From: Clostridia bacterium
GTDB taxonomy: Bacteria; Bacillota; Clostridia; Christensenellales; CAG-138
Assembly (NCBI GenBank): GCA_017429985.1
Contig: JAFRNW010000022.1
Coordinates: 70,291 to 134,290 of the forward strand
Direction of reading: 5' to 3'
Length of the DNA: 64,000 nucleotides
How positions within the stretch are numbered: the stretch's first letter is position 1; each line of letters starts with the position of its first letter. The notes under the pieces are model-generated. The model was not told the origin of the DNA. It did not search any database and saw only the letters and a list, made by a program, of their open reading frames with translations. This document shows, in pieces, positions 1 through 9,097 of this stretch. The translations under genes and the position numbers were made by a program.

Positions 1-2250
1 AAAGCAAAGGCGATTCAGCATTATCTCGGAGAGGGCTACAAAGTGGTCGCTTCGAAAGGACATATCCGCAACATTCGCAAAAAACCGTTCGGAGTGGACG
101 TGGAGAACCGTTTCGCCGTTTCATACGAAATGGAGCCCCGGGCGGATAAGATTCTTTCGGAATTAAAAAAACTGACCGCCCAGGCGGATTCCGTCCTGCT
201 TGCGACAGACCCTGACCGTGAGGGGGAAGCGATCGCGTGGCATCTGTGCGACGTTCTCGGGATTGATCCCAATACCGACTGCAGGATCGAGTATCAGGAA
301 GTGACAAGGGACGCGGTCCTGAAAGCGCTTCAGCATCCGCGCAAGGTGGATCTGAATCTGGTGGACGCCGCGATGACGCGTTCCATTCTCGACTACCTGG
401 TGGGATTTAAGGTCAGTCCCCTTCTCTGGAAAAAGATAGCGAAGAATCTTTCCGCGGGAAGGGTGCAGACCCCTGTGCTCAATCTGATATGCGACAGGGA
501 AAGGGAGCGCGACAGATTCGTCCCGGAAGAGTCCTGGACGGTCCATGCCTCGGTCAACGGTCTGCTGACGACCTGCAAAGAGACGCCCAAAGACGAAAAG
601 CGCGCGCGTGAGATCGAGAACGATATCCGCGGCGCAGCATTCACCGTGTCCGATATCAGCATGTCCACCAGGACGACGCACCCCAAGCCCCCGTTTACGA
701 CCAGCACGCTGCAGCAGGCTTCCTTCAACCACCTCGGAATGGACGTCGGGGTCGTAATGAGTACGGCGCAGAAACTGTTCGAAGGGGTCAGCATCAACGG
801 GGAACTGACCGGGCTCATCACATACATGAGAACGGACTCCGTCCGGTCTTCGGACAGCGCAATCGATTCTCTCCGCGGACAGATCCTGAATCTTTACGGA
901 AAAGAGTATCTTTCAAAAACCGTGAAAAAATACGGAACGGCCGCGAATGCGCAGGACGCGCACGAGGCGATCCATCCGACGGATATGACCAAGACGCCGG
1001 ACAGCGTCCGGGACGCGCTGAAAGAGGATGAGTATAAGCTTTATAAACTGATCTATGACAGATACTGCGCAAGCCAGATGGATGACGCGGTCAGCGAGAT
1101 CATGACCGTGACGCTTGAGGCTGCCGGTCACGTATTCAGAGGATCGGTCAGCAAACTGGCTTTTCCCGGATACCGGAAAGCGTATGAATCCACGACGGAG
1201 GCGGCGGAGGAAAACAGCAGTTCTTTTCCCCGCTTTGAAAAGGGAAGCATGCTGAAACCCGAAACCGTGGAGATCAAACAGCACTTCACCAAGCCGGAGG
1301 CAAGGTATACACAGTCGAGCATGGTCCGCGCCATGGAGGAAAACGGGATCGGAAGACCGAGCACGTATGCTTCCATGATCCGTACGGTCAAGGACAGGGG
1401 ATATGTGGAGCAGGAAGGCAAGTCCCTTGCGCCCCGCACGCTCGGATATATCACGGATGATATGCTCCAGCATTATTTTTCCATTTTCAATGTGACGTTT
1501 ACGGAGGAAATGGAAAAGAAGCTGGACAGCATCTCAAAAGGGGAAGCCGGAAAAACGGAAACGCTGGAAGACTACTGGACCAAACTGAACGAGGAACTGT
1601 CGCGGGCGGACAGGGAGATGCCCAAATGGACGGGGGAAGTCACGGACAGGATCTGCCCGGTCTGCGGAGGCAGGCTGAAACAGAGGCTCGCGAAAGGCGG
1701 CCTGTTCTACGGATGTTCCAACTTCCCCGCCTGCAATTATGTGGAGAGCATTGACGAGGAGAGTCCGGAAGTCTGCAAGACATGCGGGCACCACAAGGTC
1801 AAAAAACATAAAAGCAACGGGACGGTATTCACCGTCTGCGTCAATCCGGAGTGTCCGGACAGCACGCAGAACCGGCCTGGAAAGCAGGAGAAAGCGCCTG
1901 CGCATACCGGCGAGGTACAGCTTCTGGACTGGGCCAAAAAGATCCGGATCTCGAAGACGCCCTGCACGACGACGAGAATGGCGACCAGGATCTCCCAGAC
2001 GGATCCGGAAAAGCGCAAGGTCAACAGCGACATGCTGAACAGATGGCTCAGGGACAACGGATATCTTGAGGAGAAAGCGGACAAATACGGAAAAAAACGT
2101 TTCCTCCCCACCGCGTTCGGAGAGAAGGAAGGCGTTCTGACAGAGGACCGCACGACAGGGAGAACGTCCTATGAGATCTCAAAACTGACGGAAAAGCCGC
2201 AGAGGGCGATCATTCAGCATCTGAAAGACATTCTCGGAGGGCAGAAGTAA
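1..2250 (+). CDS. topA: DNA topoisomerase I (type IA); 5' end lies upstream of the window
   Basis: Frame 1 is open from nt 1 (KAKAIQHYLGEGYKVVASKGHIRNI precedes the track's GTG at 43). Toprim acidic motif LLATDPDREGEAIAWH, active-site Tyr motif GLITYMRTDS, and two C-terminal Cys4 zinc ribbons (CPVCGG..CSNFPAC; CKTCGH..CVNPEC), followed by a ~110 aa basic extension. Confidence 0.9.
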   Translation, partial: KAKAIQHYLGEGYKVVASKGHIRNIRKKPFGVDVENRFAVSYEMEPRADKILSELKKLTAQADSVLLATDPDREGEAIAWHLCDVLGIDPNTDCRIEYQEVTRDAVLKALQHPRKVDLNLVDAAMTRSILDYLVGFKVSPLLWKKIAKNLSAGRVQTPVLNLICDRERERDRFVPEESWTVHASVNGLLTTCKETPKDEKRAREIENDIRGAAFTVSDISMSTRTTHPKPPFTTSTLQQASFNHLGMDVGVVMSTAQKLFEGVSINGELTGLITYMRTDSVRSSDSAIDSLRGQILNLYGKEYLSKTVKKYGTAANAQDAHEAIHPTDMTKTPDSVRDALKEDEYKLYKLIYDRYCASQMDDAVSEIMTVTLEAAGHVFRGSVSKLAFPGYRKAYESTTEAAEENSSSFPRFEKGSMLKPETVEIKQHFTKPEARYTQSSMVRAMEENGIGRPSTYASMIRTVKDRGYVEQEGKSLAPRTLGYITDDMLQHYFSIFNVTFTEEMEKKLDSISKGEAGKTETLEDYWTKLNEELSRADREMPKWTGEVTDRICPVCGGRLKQRLAKGGLFYGCSNFPACNYVESIDEESPEVCKTCGHHKVKKHKSNGTVFTVCVNPECPDSTQNRPGKQEKAPAHTGEVQLLDWAKKIRISKTPCTTTRMATRISQTDPEKRKVNSDMLNRWLRDNGYLEEKADKYGKKRFLPTAFGEKEGVLTEDRTTGRTSYEISKLTEKPQRAIIQHLKDILGGQK

Positions 2251-2843
2251 TGTGCGGACGGTATCGGCTGGATACCGACGCTGCCCCGGAGTTCCGCGAA
2301 CTGTTTTCGCAGGCGGAAGCCCGGGCTGACAGGCTGGGCGTGGAACTCAAGACCTCCGGGGACATTTTTCCCTCGGATATCGTCCCTGTCATCGCGCCGG
2401 ACATGCGGCACAGGGAGCCGGGCTGCTATCCGATGCGGTGGGGTTTCCCGCATCCGTCCCGGAACCTGACGGTGATCAATGCGCGGTGCGAGACCGCGCA
2501 GGAAAAGGCGTTCTACGCCGCCAGCACGGAGGAGAGGAGATGTCTGATCCCCGCTTCGGCGTATTATGAATGGGCAAAGAAGGACGGAACGAAAACCCGG
2601 TACACGTTCAGCAATCCGTCCTCAAAGCTGTATTTGGCGGGGCTGTACATCCGGTCCTCCGCAGAAAAACTGCCAAGCTTTTCGATACTGACCAGGGACG
2701 CCGCCGAGGAGATCGCATTTATCCACAGGCGTATGCCGCTGATCATTTCCGGGGACAGGATCACGGACTGGCTGTCGTCCGATCTTCCGTACAGGGAAGC
2801 CATTCAGCTGGCCGAGACGTCGGTCACTTATGAACAGAGCTAA
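2250..2843 (+). CDS. yedK: SOS response-associated peptidase (SRAP/YedK/HMCES family, abasic-site processing)
   Basis: 197 aa beginning MCGRY (Cys2 nucleophile signature of SRAP). The family-typical length and internal PMRWGF / INARCET / YYEW-type motifs are present. The ATG shares one nt with the topA stop (TAATG). Confidence 0.85.
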   Translation: MCGRYRLDTDAAPEFRELFSQAEARADRLGVELKTSGDIFPSDIVPVIAPDMRHREPGCYPMRWGFPHPSRNLTVINARCETAQEKAFYAASTEERRCLIPASAYYEWAKKDGTKTRYTFSNPSSKLYLAGLYIRSSAEKLPSFSILTRDAAEEIAFIHRRMPLIISGDRITDWLSSDLPYREAIQLAETSVTYEQS

Positions 2844-2858
2844 AACTCTGTTTTTTTT
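2833..2858 (+). terminator. Rho-independent terminator after the topA-SRAP operon
   Basis: Stem AACAGAG / CTCTGTT (7 bp, loop CTAAAA containing the stop codon) followed by a run of T. Confidence 0.7.
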
Positions 2859-2914
2859 GTATTTTCAGCTTCCTCTCACGTTTATATAATAAATAATGAA
2901 GGCATCTATATAAA

Positions 2915-3712
2915 ATGGAGGAGAAGCGTGTGGCGGGAGATTCCGTACAGTCTCTTGAACGTGCGATTGAAATTCTTCAAACGCTGAAAGATGCGCAGAG
3001 ACCGCTGATGCTGCGGGAGATTTGTGACCGGACAGGGATGGCGAAGAGCACCGTGCACCGGCTTCTTTCCACCATGCGCGACGCGGACCTGATAGAGCAG
3101 GGACAGGATGGCCGATATGCGCTCGGGATGAGCCTGTTCGAGATGGGAAGCGCTGCCGCAAATACCCGGAACGTTACAACGATAGCGCGTCCCTACATGC
3201 AGCAGATATCCAGAGAACTGGGGGAATCGGTCAGCCTGACGCTGCTGTCAAACGGGGAAGCGCTGCTCCTTTCCTTTATTGAATCTACCAGTCCGTTTCA
3301 CGTTGTTTCCAGAGTCGGGTCCAAAATGCCGCCCCACTGCACGGTGCAGGGAAAGCTCATGCTCGCGTATCTCCCGGAAGAGGAAGCAAGAAGGATCATC
3401 ACCGAACAGGGCATGCATATGTTTACGCCGGCGACGATACAGACGTATGAGGAACTGCGTGACGAACTGAAAAAAATCACGATCCAGGGATATGCCGTGG
3501 ATGACGGAGAGTATCACATCGGACTGACTTCCGTGGGGGCCCCGATCTACGACGACGGCGGAGTCGTCCGGTACTGCTTCGGCGTCGTCAGCATGTTTCA
3601 CCGGAACGGATCGCCGGAATTCATATTTGCGAAGAAGCGTGCCGTTGAAGCGGCGCGGGATATATCGAGGGCACTTGGCTATCAGGGACATGCTTTCGAT
3701 GGTGTTTTTTAA
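2915..3712 (+). CDS. IclR family transcriptional regulator
   Basis: 265 aa. N-terminal winged HTH (SVQSLERAIEILQTL..REICDRTGMAKSTVHRLLSTM) and a C-terminal IclR effector-binding domain (..GESVSLTLL..; ..YAVDDGEYHIGLTSVGAPI). Confidence 0.85.
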   Translation: MEEKRVAGDSVQSLERAIEILQTLKDAQRPLMLREICDRTGMAKSTVHRLLSTMRDADLIEQGQDGRYALGMSLFEMGSAAANTRNVTTIARPYMQQISRELGESVSLTLLSNGEALLLSFIESTSPFHVVSRVGSKMPPHCTVQGKLMLAYLPEEEARRIITEQGMHMFTPATIQTYEELRDELKKITIQGYAVDDGEYHIGLTSVGAPIYDDGGVVRYCFGVVSMFHRNGSPEFIFAKKRAVEAARDISRALGYQGHAFDGVF

Positions 3713-3748
3713 CCGGAATTTGCGAACGACAGGCACTGAGAGGTAAAA

Positions 3749-4240
3749 ATGGAAACGAAAAAGAGTATTTTTCGGGAAAAGGCGATCACAAGGGTAACGT
3801 CTCCCGAGCAGCTGAACGAATACATCAGGGTAGCGACACCCGGGATCTGGTTTATTCTGATCGCGATTCTTCTCGCGCTCGCCGGGATGTTCGTCTGGGC
3901 TGTTTTCGGAAAAGTCGATGCGACGCTGACAACCGCGGGGATTGTGCAGAACGGATCTCTGACCTGCTATGTGCCAGAGGACAAGCGCGCGGAAGTCGAT
4001 CCGGGGGATACGGTCAAGGTAAACGGACAGACTTATCAGATCGAATCGGTCGGTTCGGAGCCCGTTCCCATCACGGAAGATTTTCCCGAGTACGGACTTC
4101 ATGTCGGCAATCTTACGGTCGGTCAGTGGGCCTATCCCGCGACGATGAAAACCGAAATGCCGGACGGCGTATATCAGGCGGTGATCACGACGGAATCGAT
4201 ACGTCCAAGTTCTTTTATTGATGCGTCACAGGAAGAATAA
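3749..4240 (+). CDS. Miniature HlyD-like bacteriocin-secretion adaptor (NHLM-system-type N-terminus)
   Basis: 163 aa. The N-terminus FREKAITRVTSPEQLNEYIRVATPGIWFILIAILLALAGMFVWAVFG matches the start of HlyD-type bacteriocin export adaptors (SPEQL box plus a single TM). The protein is much shorter than canonical ~400 aa adaptors. Its stop lies 2 nt before the next start. Confidence 0.6.
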   Translation: METKKSIFREKAITRVTSPEQLNEYIRVATPGIWFILIAILLALAGMFVWAVFGKVDATLTTAGIVQNGSLTCYVPEDKRAEVDPGDTVKVNGQTYQIESVGSEPVPITEDFPEYGLHVGNLTVGQWAYPATMKTEMPDGVYQAVITTESIRPSSFIDASQEE

Positions 4241-4242
4241 CA

Positions 4243-6429
4243 ATGGAGCGTGCGAAAATCAAAAATAAACAGCCGATTCAGAACGGAGTGGCCAAGGTTC
4301 CCGTGATCATGCAGATGGAGGCGCTCGAGTGCGGGGCAGCAAGCCTCGCGATGGTGCTTGCGTATTACGACAAGTGGATCCCGCTCGAGCAGGTCCGTAT
4401 CGACTGCGGGGTCTCCCGGGACGGTTCCAATGCCAAAAACGTGATGGAAGCGGCGAAGAACTACGGTCTCGACGGTGCCGCTTACAAAATGGAACCGGAG
4501 GATCTGCGCAAGCACGGACGGTTTCCGTGTATCATCCACTGGAACTTCAATCATTTTGTCGTGCTGGACGGATTCAAGGGAGACAAGGCAATTCTCAACG
4601 ATCCTGCCCGGGGAGTCTACCCGGTTTCCATGGATGTGTTCGACGAGAGTTTTACGGGAATCTGCATGATGTTTCAGCCGGGTCCCCGTTTCAAGCCCGG
4701 CGGGAAACCGAAAAGCGTACTGAAATTCGCGCTGAGCCGGATGGCAGGCACGGGCGGCATCGTTGCGATCGTTCTGGTCACGAGCCTGATCTCGGCGATG
4801 ATCGGCATCATTCAGCCCGCTTTTTCCGCTGTGTTTCTGGACAGAATCCTGACCAACAGGAACCCGGAATGGACGATCCCGTTTTTCGGGATCCTGATCG
4901 GGGTCAGCATCGCGCAGATCATCGTTGAGTGGGTTAGCGCCATTACGTCGGCGCGGATCAGCGCAAAGCTGGACGCGGTCGGCAACACGGGGTTCCTCTG
5001 GAAGGTTCTGCATCTTCCGATGGAATTTTTCTCGCAGCGCCTCGCCGGAGATATCCAGCAGCGTCAGGACACAAACGGTTCCATTGCGCACCAGATGGTA
5101 TATACCGTAACGCCGCTTCTTCTGAATACGGTCATGACAGTCCTCTATCTGGTCGTCATGCTGCGGATCAGTCTGGTCCTGACAGCGGTCGGAATCGTGG
5201 CAATTGCGGTGAATCTCGTGGTTTCGCGTATCATTTCTAAAAAAAGAACCAACATCATCCGCCTCCAGATGCGTGACAGCGGAAAACTGTACAGCTCGAC
5301 GGTAACGGGAATCGAAATGATCGAAACGATCAAAGCAAGCGGAGCGGAGAACGGTTTCTTTGAAAAATGGGCGGGATACCAGGCAAGCGTCAACGCGTCA
5401 ACGGTAAAATTCTCCAAACTGAATCAGTATCTCGGTATGATTCCGAGTGTCGTATCCGCGCTGGCGGACGCCGCCGTCGTACTGATCGGCATCTTCCTGA
5501 CCATCCGGGGACAGTTTACCCCGGGCCTGATCCTGACTTTCCAGGGGTATCTGCTTGCGTTCACCGATCCTGCGACCTCTCTGATCGAAGTGGGACAGAC
5601 GATTCAGGAAATGCGGACGGATATGGAGCGGGTCGAGGATGTCATGCAGTACCCGGACGACCCCGTTTTCCATGCGCCGAAGGTGAAAAAGGGCGAGTCG
5701 TATGCCAAGCTGACCGGCAATATTGAAATGCGCAACGTGACGTTCGGCTATTCGAAACTGCAGGAGCCGCTGATCAAAGATTTCAATCTGACTCTGAAAC
5801 CGGGCCGGAGGGTGGCCTTCGTCGGATCTTCAGGCTGCGGGAAATCAACGCTTGCCAAGCTGATCTCGGGACTCAATCAGCCGTGGAGCGGAGAGATCCT
5901 GTTCGACGGGAAACCGCTTTCGAAAATCGATCACAATGTGTTCACCGGATCGGTGGCTGTCGTGGATCAGGACATCATCCTGTTTGAGGATACGATCGAG
6001 AACAATATCAAGATGTGGGATCAGTCCATTGAGGACTTTGAAATGATCATGGCGGCGAGAGACGCCCAGATACATGACGACATCATGCAGCGCGACGGCG
6101 GATATCAGCATAAACTGATAGAAGGCGGCCGTGATTTCTCCGGCGGACAGAGACAGAGGATCGAGATCGCACGGGTTCTTGCACAGGATCCCACGGTGAT
6201 CATCATGGATGAGGCGACATCCGCTCTGGATGCGAAGACGGAATATGAAGTGGTCAAGTGCATCGAGGACCGGGGAATCGCGTGTGTCGTTGTAGCGCAC
6301 AGACTGTCCACGATCCGGGATTGCGATGAGATTATCGTCATGGATCACGGAAATGTCGTGGAACGCGGGACACATGAGCAACTGATGGCAATGAACGGCT
6401 TGTATACGCAGCTCGTCGCCAGTGATTAA
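4243..6429 (+). CDS. Peptidase-containing ABC transporter (PCAT): C39 peptidase / permease / ATPase
   Basis: 728 aa. C39 domain with Cys (QMEALECGAASLAMVLAYY), His (HWNFNHFVVLDG) and Asp (ILNDPA). TM exporter core, Walker A GSSGCGKST, signature FSGGQRQR, Walker B IIMDEATSALD, H-loop VVAHRLS. Confidence 0.9.
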   Translation: MERAKIKNKQPIQNGVAKVPVIMQMEALECGAASLAMVLAYYDKWIPLEQVRIDCGVSRDGSNAKNVMEAAKNYGLDGAAYKMEPEDLRKHGRFPCIIHWNFNHFVVLDGFKGDKAILNDPARGVYPVSMDVFDESFTGICMMFQPGPRFKPGGKPKSVLKFALSRMAGTGGIVAIVLVTSLISAMIGIIQPAFSAVFLDRILTNRNPEWTIPFFGILIGVSIAQIIVEWVSAITSARISAKLDAVGNTGFLWKVLHLPMEFFSQRLAGDIQQRQDTNGSIAHQMVYTVTPLLLNTVMTVLYLVVMLRISLVLTAVGIVAIAVNLVVSRIISKKRTNIIRLQMRDSGKLYSSTVTGIEMIETIKASGAENGFFEKWAGYQASVNASTVKFSKLNQYLGMIPSVVSALADAAVVLIGIFLTIRGQFTPGLILTFQGYLLAFTDPATSLIEVGQTIQEMRTDMERVEDVMQYPDDPVFHAPKVKKGESYAKLTGNIEMRNVTFGYSKLQEPLIKDFNLTLKPGRRVAFVGSSGCGKSTLAKLISGLNQPWSGEILFDGKPLSKIDHNVFTGSVAVVDQDIILFEDTIENNIKMWDQSIEDFEMIMAARDAQIHDDIMQRDGGYQHKLIEGGRDFSGGQRQRIEIARVLAQDPTVIIMDEATSALDAKTEYEVVKCIEDRGIACVVVAHRLSTIRDCDEIIVMDHGNVVERGTHEQLMAMNGLYTQLVASD

Positions 6430-6440
6430 GGAGATTCGCC

Positions 6441-8906
6441 ATGGGTTGGTTTGAAGAACAGATAAAACAAAGGAAACAGGCGGATGACCAGCTGTTTGCC
6501 GATGCGTTCCGTACCATCGCAGATTCGGTTGTCGGCGCAAAGGCGAACGCGGCGCTGAAGGATGATTTTGAAAAAACGAAGAGCGCCATCGATGAAATAC
6601 TCCATTACTATCACTGCAAGACAGTAGAAGTTCCGGAATCCATAGAGGATTTTGACGAGCAGCTCGAGTATCTGATGCGTCCGAACGGGATCATGCGGCG
6701 AACCGTTCAGCTGGATGACGGCTGGTACAAGGACGCTTGCGGCGCTATGCTCGGGATCCGGTCGGATACGGGAGAGGTGGTCGCGCTCCTTCCGAACAAA
6801 CTCACCGGTTACAGTTTTCTGGATCCGAGTACCGGAGAAAAGGTCAGGATCGGCAGGAAAAACGAAAAGCTGATCGAACGCCAGGCCATATGTTTCTATA
6901 AACCGTTTCCTCTGAAAAAACTGGGCATTCCGGATCTGCTTCGGTATATTGCGGAATCCCTGACGGTTTCCGATACCGTACTGATCGTCGTGACGACGGC
7001 CCTTGTGACCGGGATCGGGCTGCTGGTCCCGGTGATCAACAAACTGCTCTTTCAGGACGTTCTGGAGGCAAAAAGCATGCGGTTGCTTCTTGCCGCCGCA
7101 GTCTACCTGATTGCAGTTACCATCAGCAGGCTGATGATGTCAACCGCAAGTTCGATCGCCACGGGACGCCTCTCCAGAAAAATGGATATATCCGTTTCCG
7201 CTGCTACGATGATGCGTGTGCTTTCCCTGCCGACGTCCTTCTTCAAGAAGTACGGTTCCGGCGAACTGTCCTCGCATACGCAGCAGGTGAACACGCTGTG
7301 CTCCATGCTGATCTCCACTATTTTTACATCGGGACTCGCGTCGCTGTTTTCACTGGTTTCCATAGCGCAGATTTTTCAGTATGCTCCGGCGCTGGTCGTG
7401 CCTGCGCTGATCATCATTCTCGTGACCGTCGTGCAGTCCGCAGTCGTGACCGTCGTGCAGCAGAAATACAGCTCGCAGGAGATGGAGCTTTCCGCAAAAG
7501 AATCCGGCATGGTCTACGCGATGATCAGCGGTGTTCAGAAAGTGCGGCTTTCAGGCGCGGAAAAACGCATGTTTTCCCGCTGGGCAAACCTGTATGCGAA
7601 ACGTTCCAAGCTGACATACCAGCCCACGATGTTCCTGACGGTGAACAACGCGATCACCGTCGCCATTTCCCTGATCGGCATTATCGTGATGTACCAGATG
7701 GCGGTGCTGAGCCACGTGTCCGTCGCGGATTACATGGCGTTCAATACGGCATACGGCGTTGTCAGCGGCGCTTTCATGTCGCTTGCGGCGACTGCCATGA
7801 CCTTTGCCGAGATCGGCCCGGTGCTGAAAATGGCAAAGCCCATCCTGGAGGCGGAGCCGGAAGTATCGGAAGGCAAGCGGGTCATTACGCAGCTCAACGG
7901 CAATATTGAAGTCAGCAATGTTTCCTTCCGGTATGAAAAGAACGGTCCGCTGATCGTGAACAATCTTTCATTAAAAATCAAGAGCGGGCAGTATGTGGCC
8001 ATCGTCGGAACGACCGGCTGCGGGAAGTCCACCCTGATCAGGCTGATACTCGGATTCGAGAAGCCTCAGAAAGGCGCGATCTATTTTGACGGGAAAGACC
8101 TCGCCACGATCGATCTGAAATCCCTTCACAGAAAAATCGGAACGGTCATGCAGGACGGCAAGCTGTTCCAGGGGGACATCTTCTCCAATATTACGATTTC
8201 CGCTCCGTGGCTGACCATGGATGATGCGTGGGAGGCTGCGGAATATGCCGGCATCGCGGACGATATACGGGCGATGCCGATGGGAATGTTCACGCTGATC
8301 GCGGAGGGGTCCGGCGGGATCTCCGGCGGCCAGAAACAGCGTTTGATGATCGCGCGCGCCGTCGCGCCGAAGCCGAAGATTCTGATCTTTGACGAGGCAA
8401 CATCCGCGCTTGACAATATTACGCAGAAAAAGGTTTCGGAATTTCTGGACCAGCTCAAGTGTACCAGGCTGGTCGTTGCGCACAGGCTTTCCACGATCCG
8501 GCAGTGTGACCGTATCATCGTTCTGGACAAGGGACATATTGTGGAGGACGGAACATATGACGAGCTGATGAGTCAGCATGGATTCTTCTCGGAACTCGTG
8601 GCGCGTCAGCAGATCAATCCGGAACCCGCTGAAGAGCAGAAACAGGAGACGGAGGAAGAGGGCGACGCGCCGGAACCGGAACGGGTCATCATTTCTGACG
8701 AGCCTGCGGAGCAGGAAGAATCCGAACCGGAGGAAGACGGGGAGGAGTCCGAAACGGCGGAGGATGATGAAAACGCGGAGGATTCCGGAGATGAAGCGGA
8801 AGAGGCCGACGATTCTGCCGAGTCCGAAGAGCAGGAGGAAGAGGCCCCGGAATCTGACGGAGCGGAAGATCTTTCCGACGAAAACGAATCCCGAAAGGAC
8901 GGATGA
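6441..8906 (+). CDS. ABC exporter permease/ATPase without peptidase domain (NHLM-system partner type), with polyacidic C-terminal tail
   Basis: 821 aa. ~160 aa non-peptidase N-terminal domain, TM core, Walker A GTTGCGKST, signature ISGGQKQR, Walker B LIFDEATSALD, H-loop VVAHRLS. The last 99 aa are very D/E-rich. Confidence 0.85.
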   Translation: MGWFEEQIKQRKQADDQLFADAFRTIADSVVGAKANAALKDDFEKTKSAIDEILHYYHCKTVEVPESIEDFDEQLEYLMRPNGIMRRTVQLDDGWYKDACGAMLGIRSDTGEVVALLPNKLTGYSFLDPSTGEKVRIGRKNEKLIERQAICFYKPFPLKKLGIPDLLRYIAESLTVSDTVLIVVTTALVTGIGLLVPVINKLLFQDVLEAKSMRLLLAAAVYLIAVTISRLMMSTASSIATGRLSRKMDISVSAATMMRVLSLPTSFFKKYGSGELSSHTQQVNTLCSMLISTIFTSGLASLFSLVSIAQIFQYAPALVVPALIIILVTVVQSAVVTVVQQKYSSQEMELSAKESGMVYAMISGVQKVRLSGAEKRMFSRWANLYAKRSKLTYQPTMFLTVNNAITVAISLIGIIVMYQMAVLSHVSVADYMAFNTAYGVVSGAFMSLAATAMTFAEIGPVLKMAKPILEAEPEVSEGKRVITQLNGNIEVSNVSFRYEKNGPLIVNNLSLKIKSGQYVAIVGTTGCGKSTLIRLILGFEKPQKGAIYFDGKDLATIDLKSLHRKIGTVMQDGKLFQGDIFSNITISAPWLTMDDAWEAAEYAGIADDIRAMPMGMFTLIAEGSGGISGGQKQRLMIARAVAPKPKILIFDEATSALDNITQKKVSEFLDQLKCTRLVVAHRLSTIRQCDRIIVLDKGHIVEDGTYDELMSQHGFFSELVARQQINPEPAEEQKQETEEEGDAPEPERVIISDEPAEQEESEPEEDGEESETAEDDENAEDSGDEAEEADDSAESEEQEEEAPESDGAEDLSDENESRKDG

Positions 8907-8991
8907 TCTCCGGCCGGATACGGATGGGCAGGGAGAACCCGCTGATCCGAACCTGCAAGGCAGACAAGAATACATGATCGAAACCCAATGG

Positions 8992-9020
8992 CTGCTGTAC
9001 GGCTGTACAGCAGTCTTTAA
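8992..9020 (+). terminator. Candidate terminator for the exporter operon
   Basis: Stem CTGCTGTAC / GTACAGCAG (9 bp, loop GGCT) followed by TCTTTAATT. The T tract is weak. Confidence 0.4.
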
Positions 9021-9046
9021 TTCGGGACAATCATGCAATGCGGATC

Positions 9047-9077
9047 AAAAAAAGAATTCCGGCCGGAGCCGGAATTC
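9047..9077 (-). terminator. Rho-independent terminator for the minus-strand lipoprotein gene
   Basis: Perfect 10-bp stem GAATTCCGGC / GCCGGAATTC with loop CGGA. On the minus strand it is followed by seven T (A run 9047-9053). Confidence 0.65.
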
Positions 9078-9097
9078 TGGAGAAAGCGGATCGGAAA

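Noticed and set aside
8607-8906. Repetitive GAA/GAG/GAC codon tract, checked as a possible CRISPR or tandem-repeat array.
   Set aside because: There is no fixed-length repeat/spacer periodicity. It is in-frame coding low complexity, the acidic tail.
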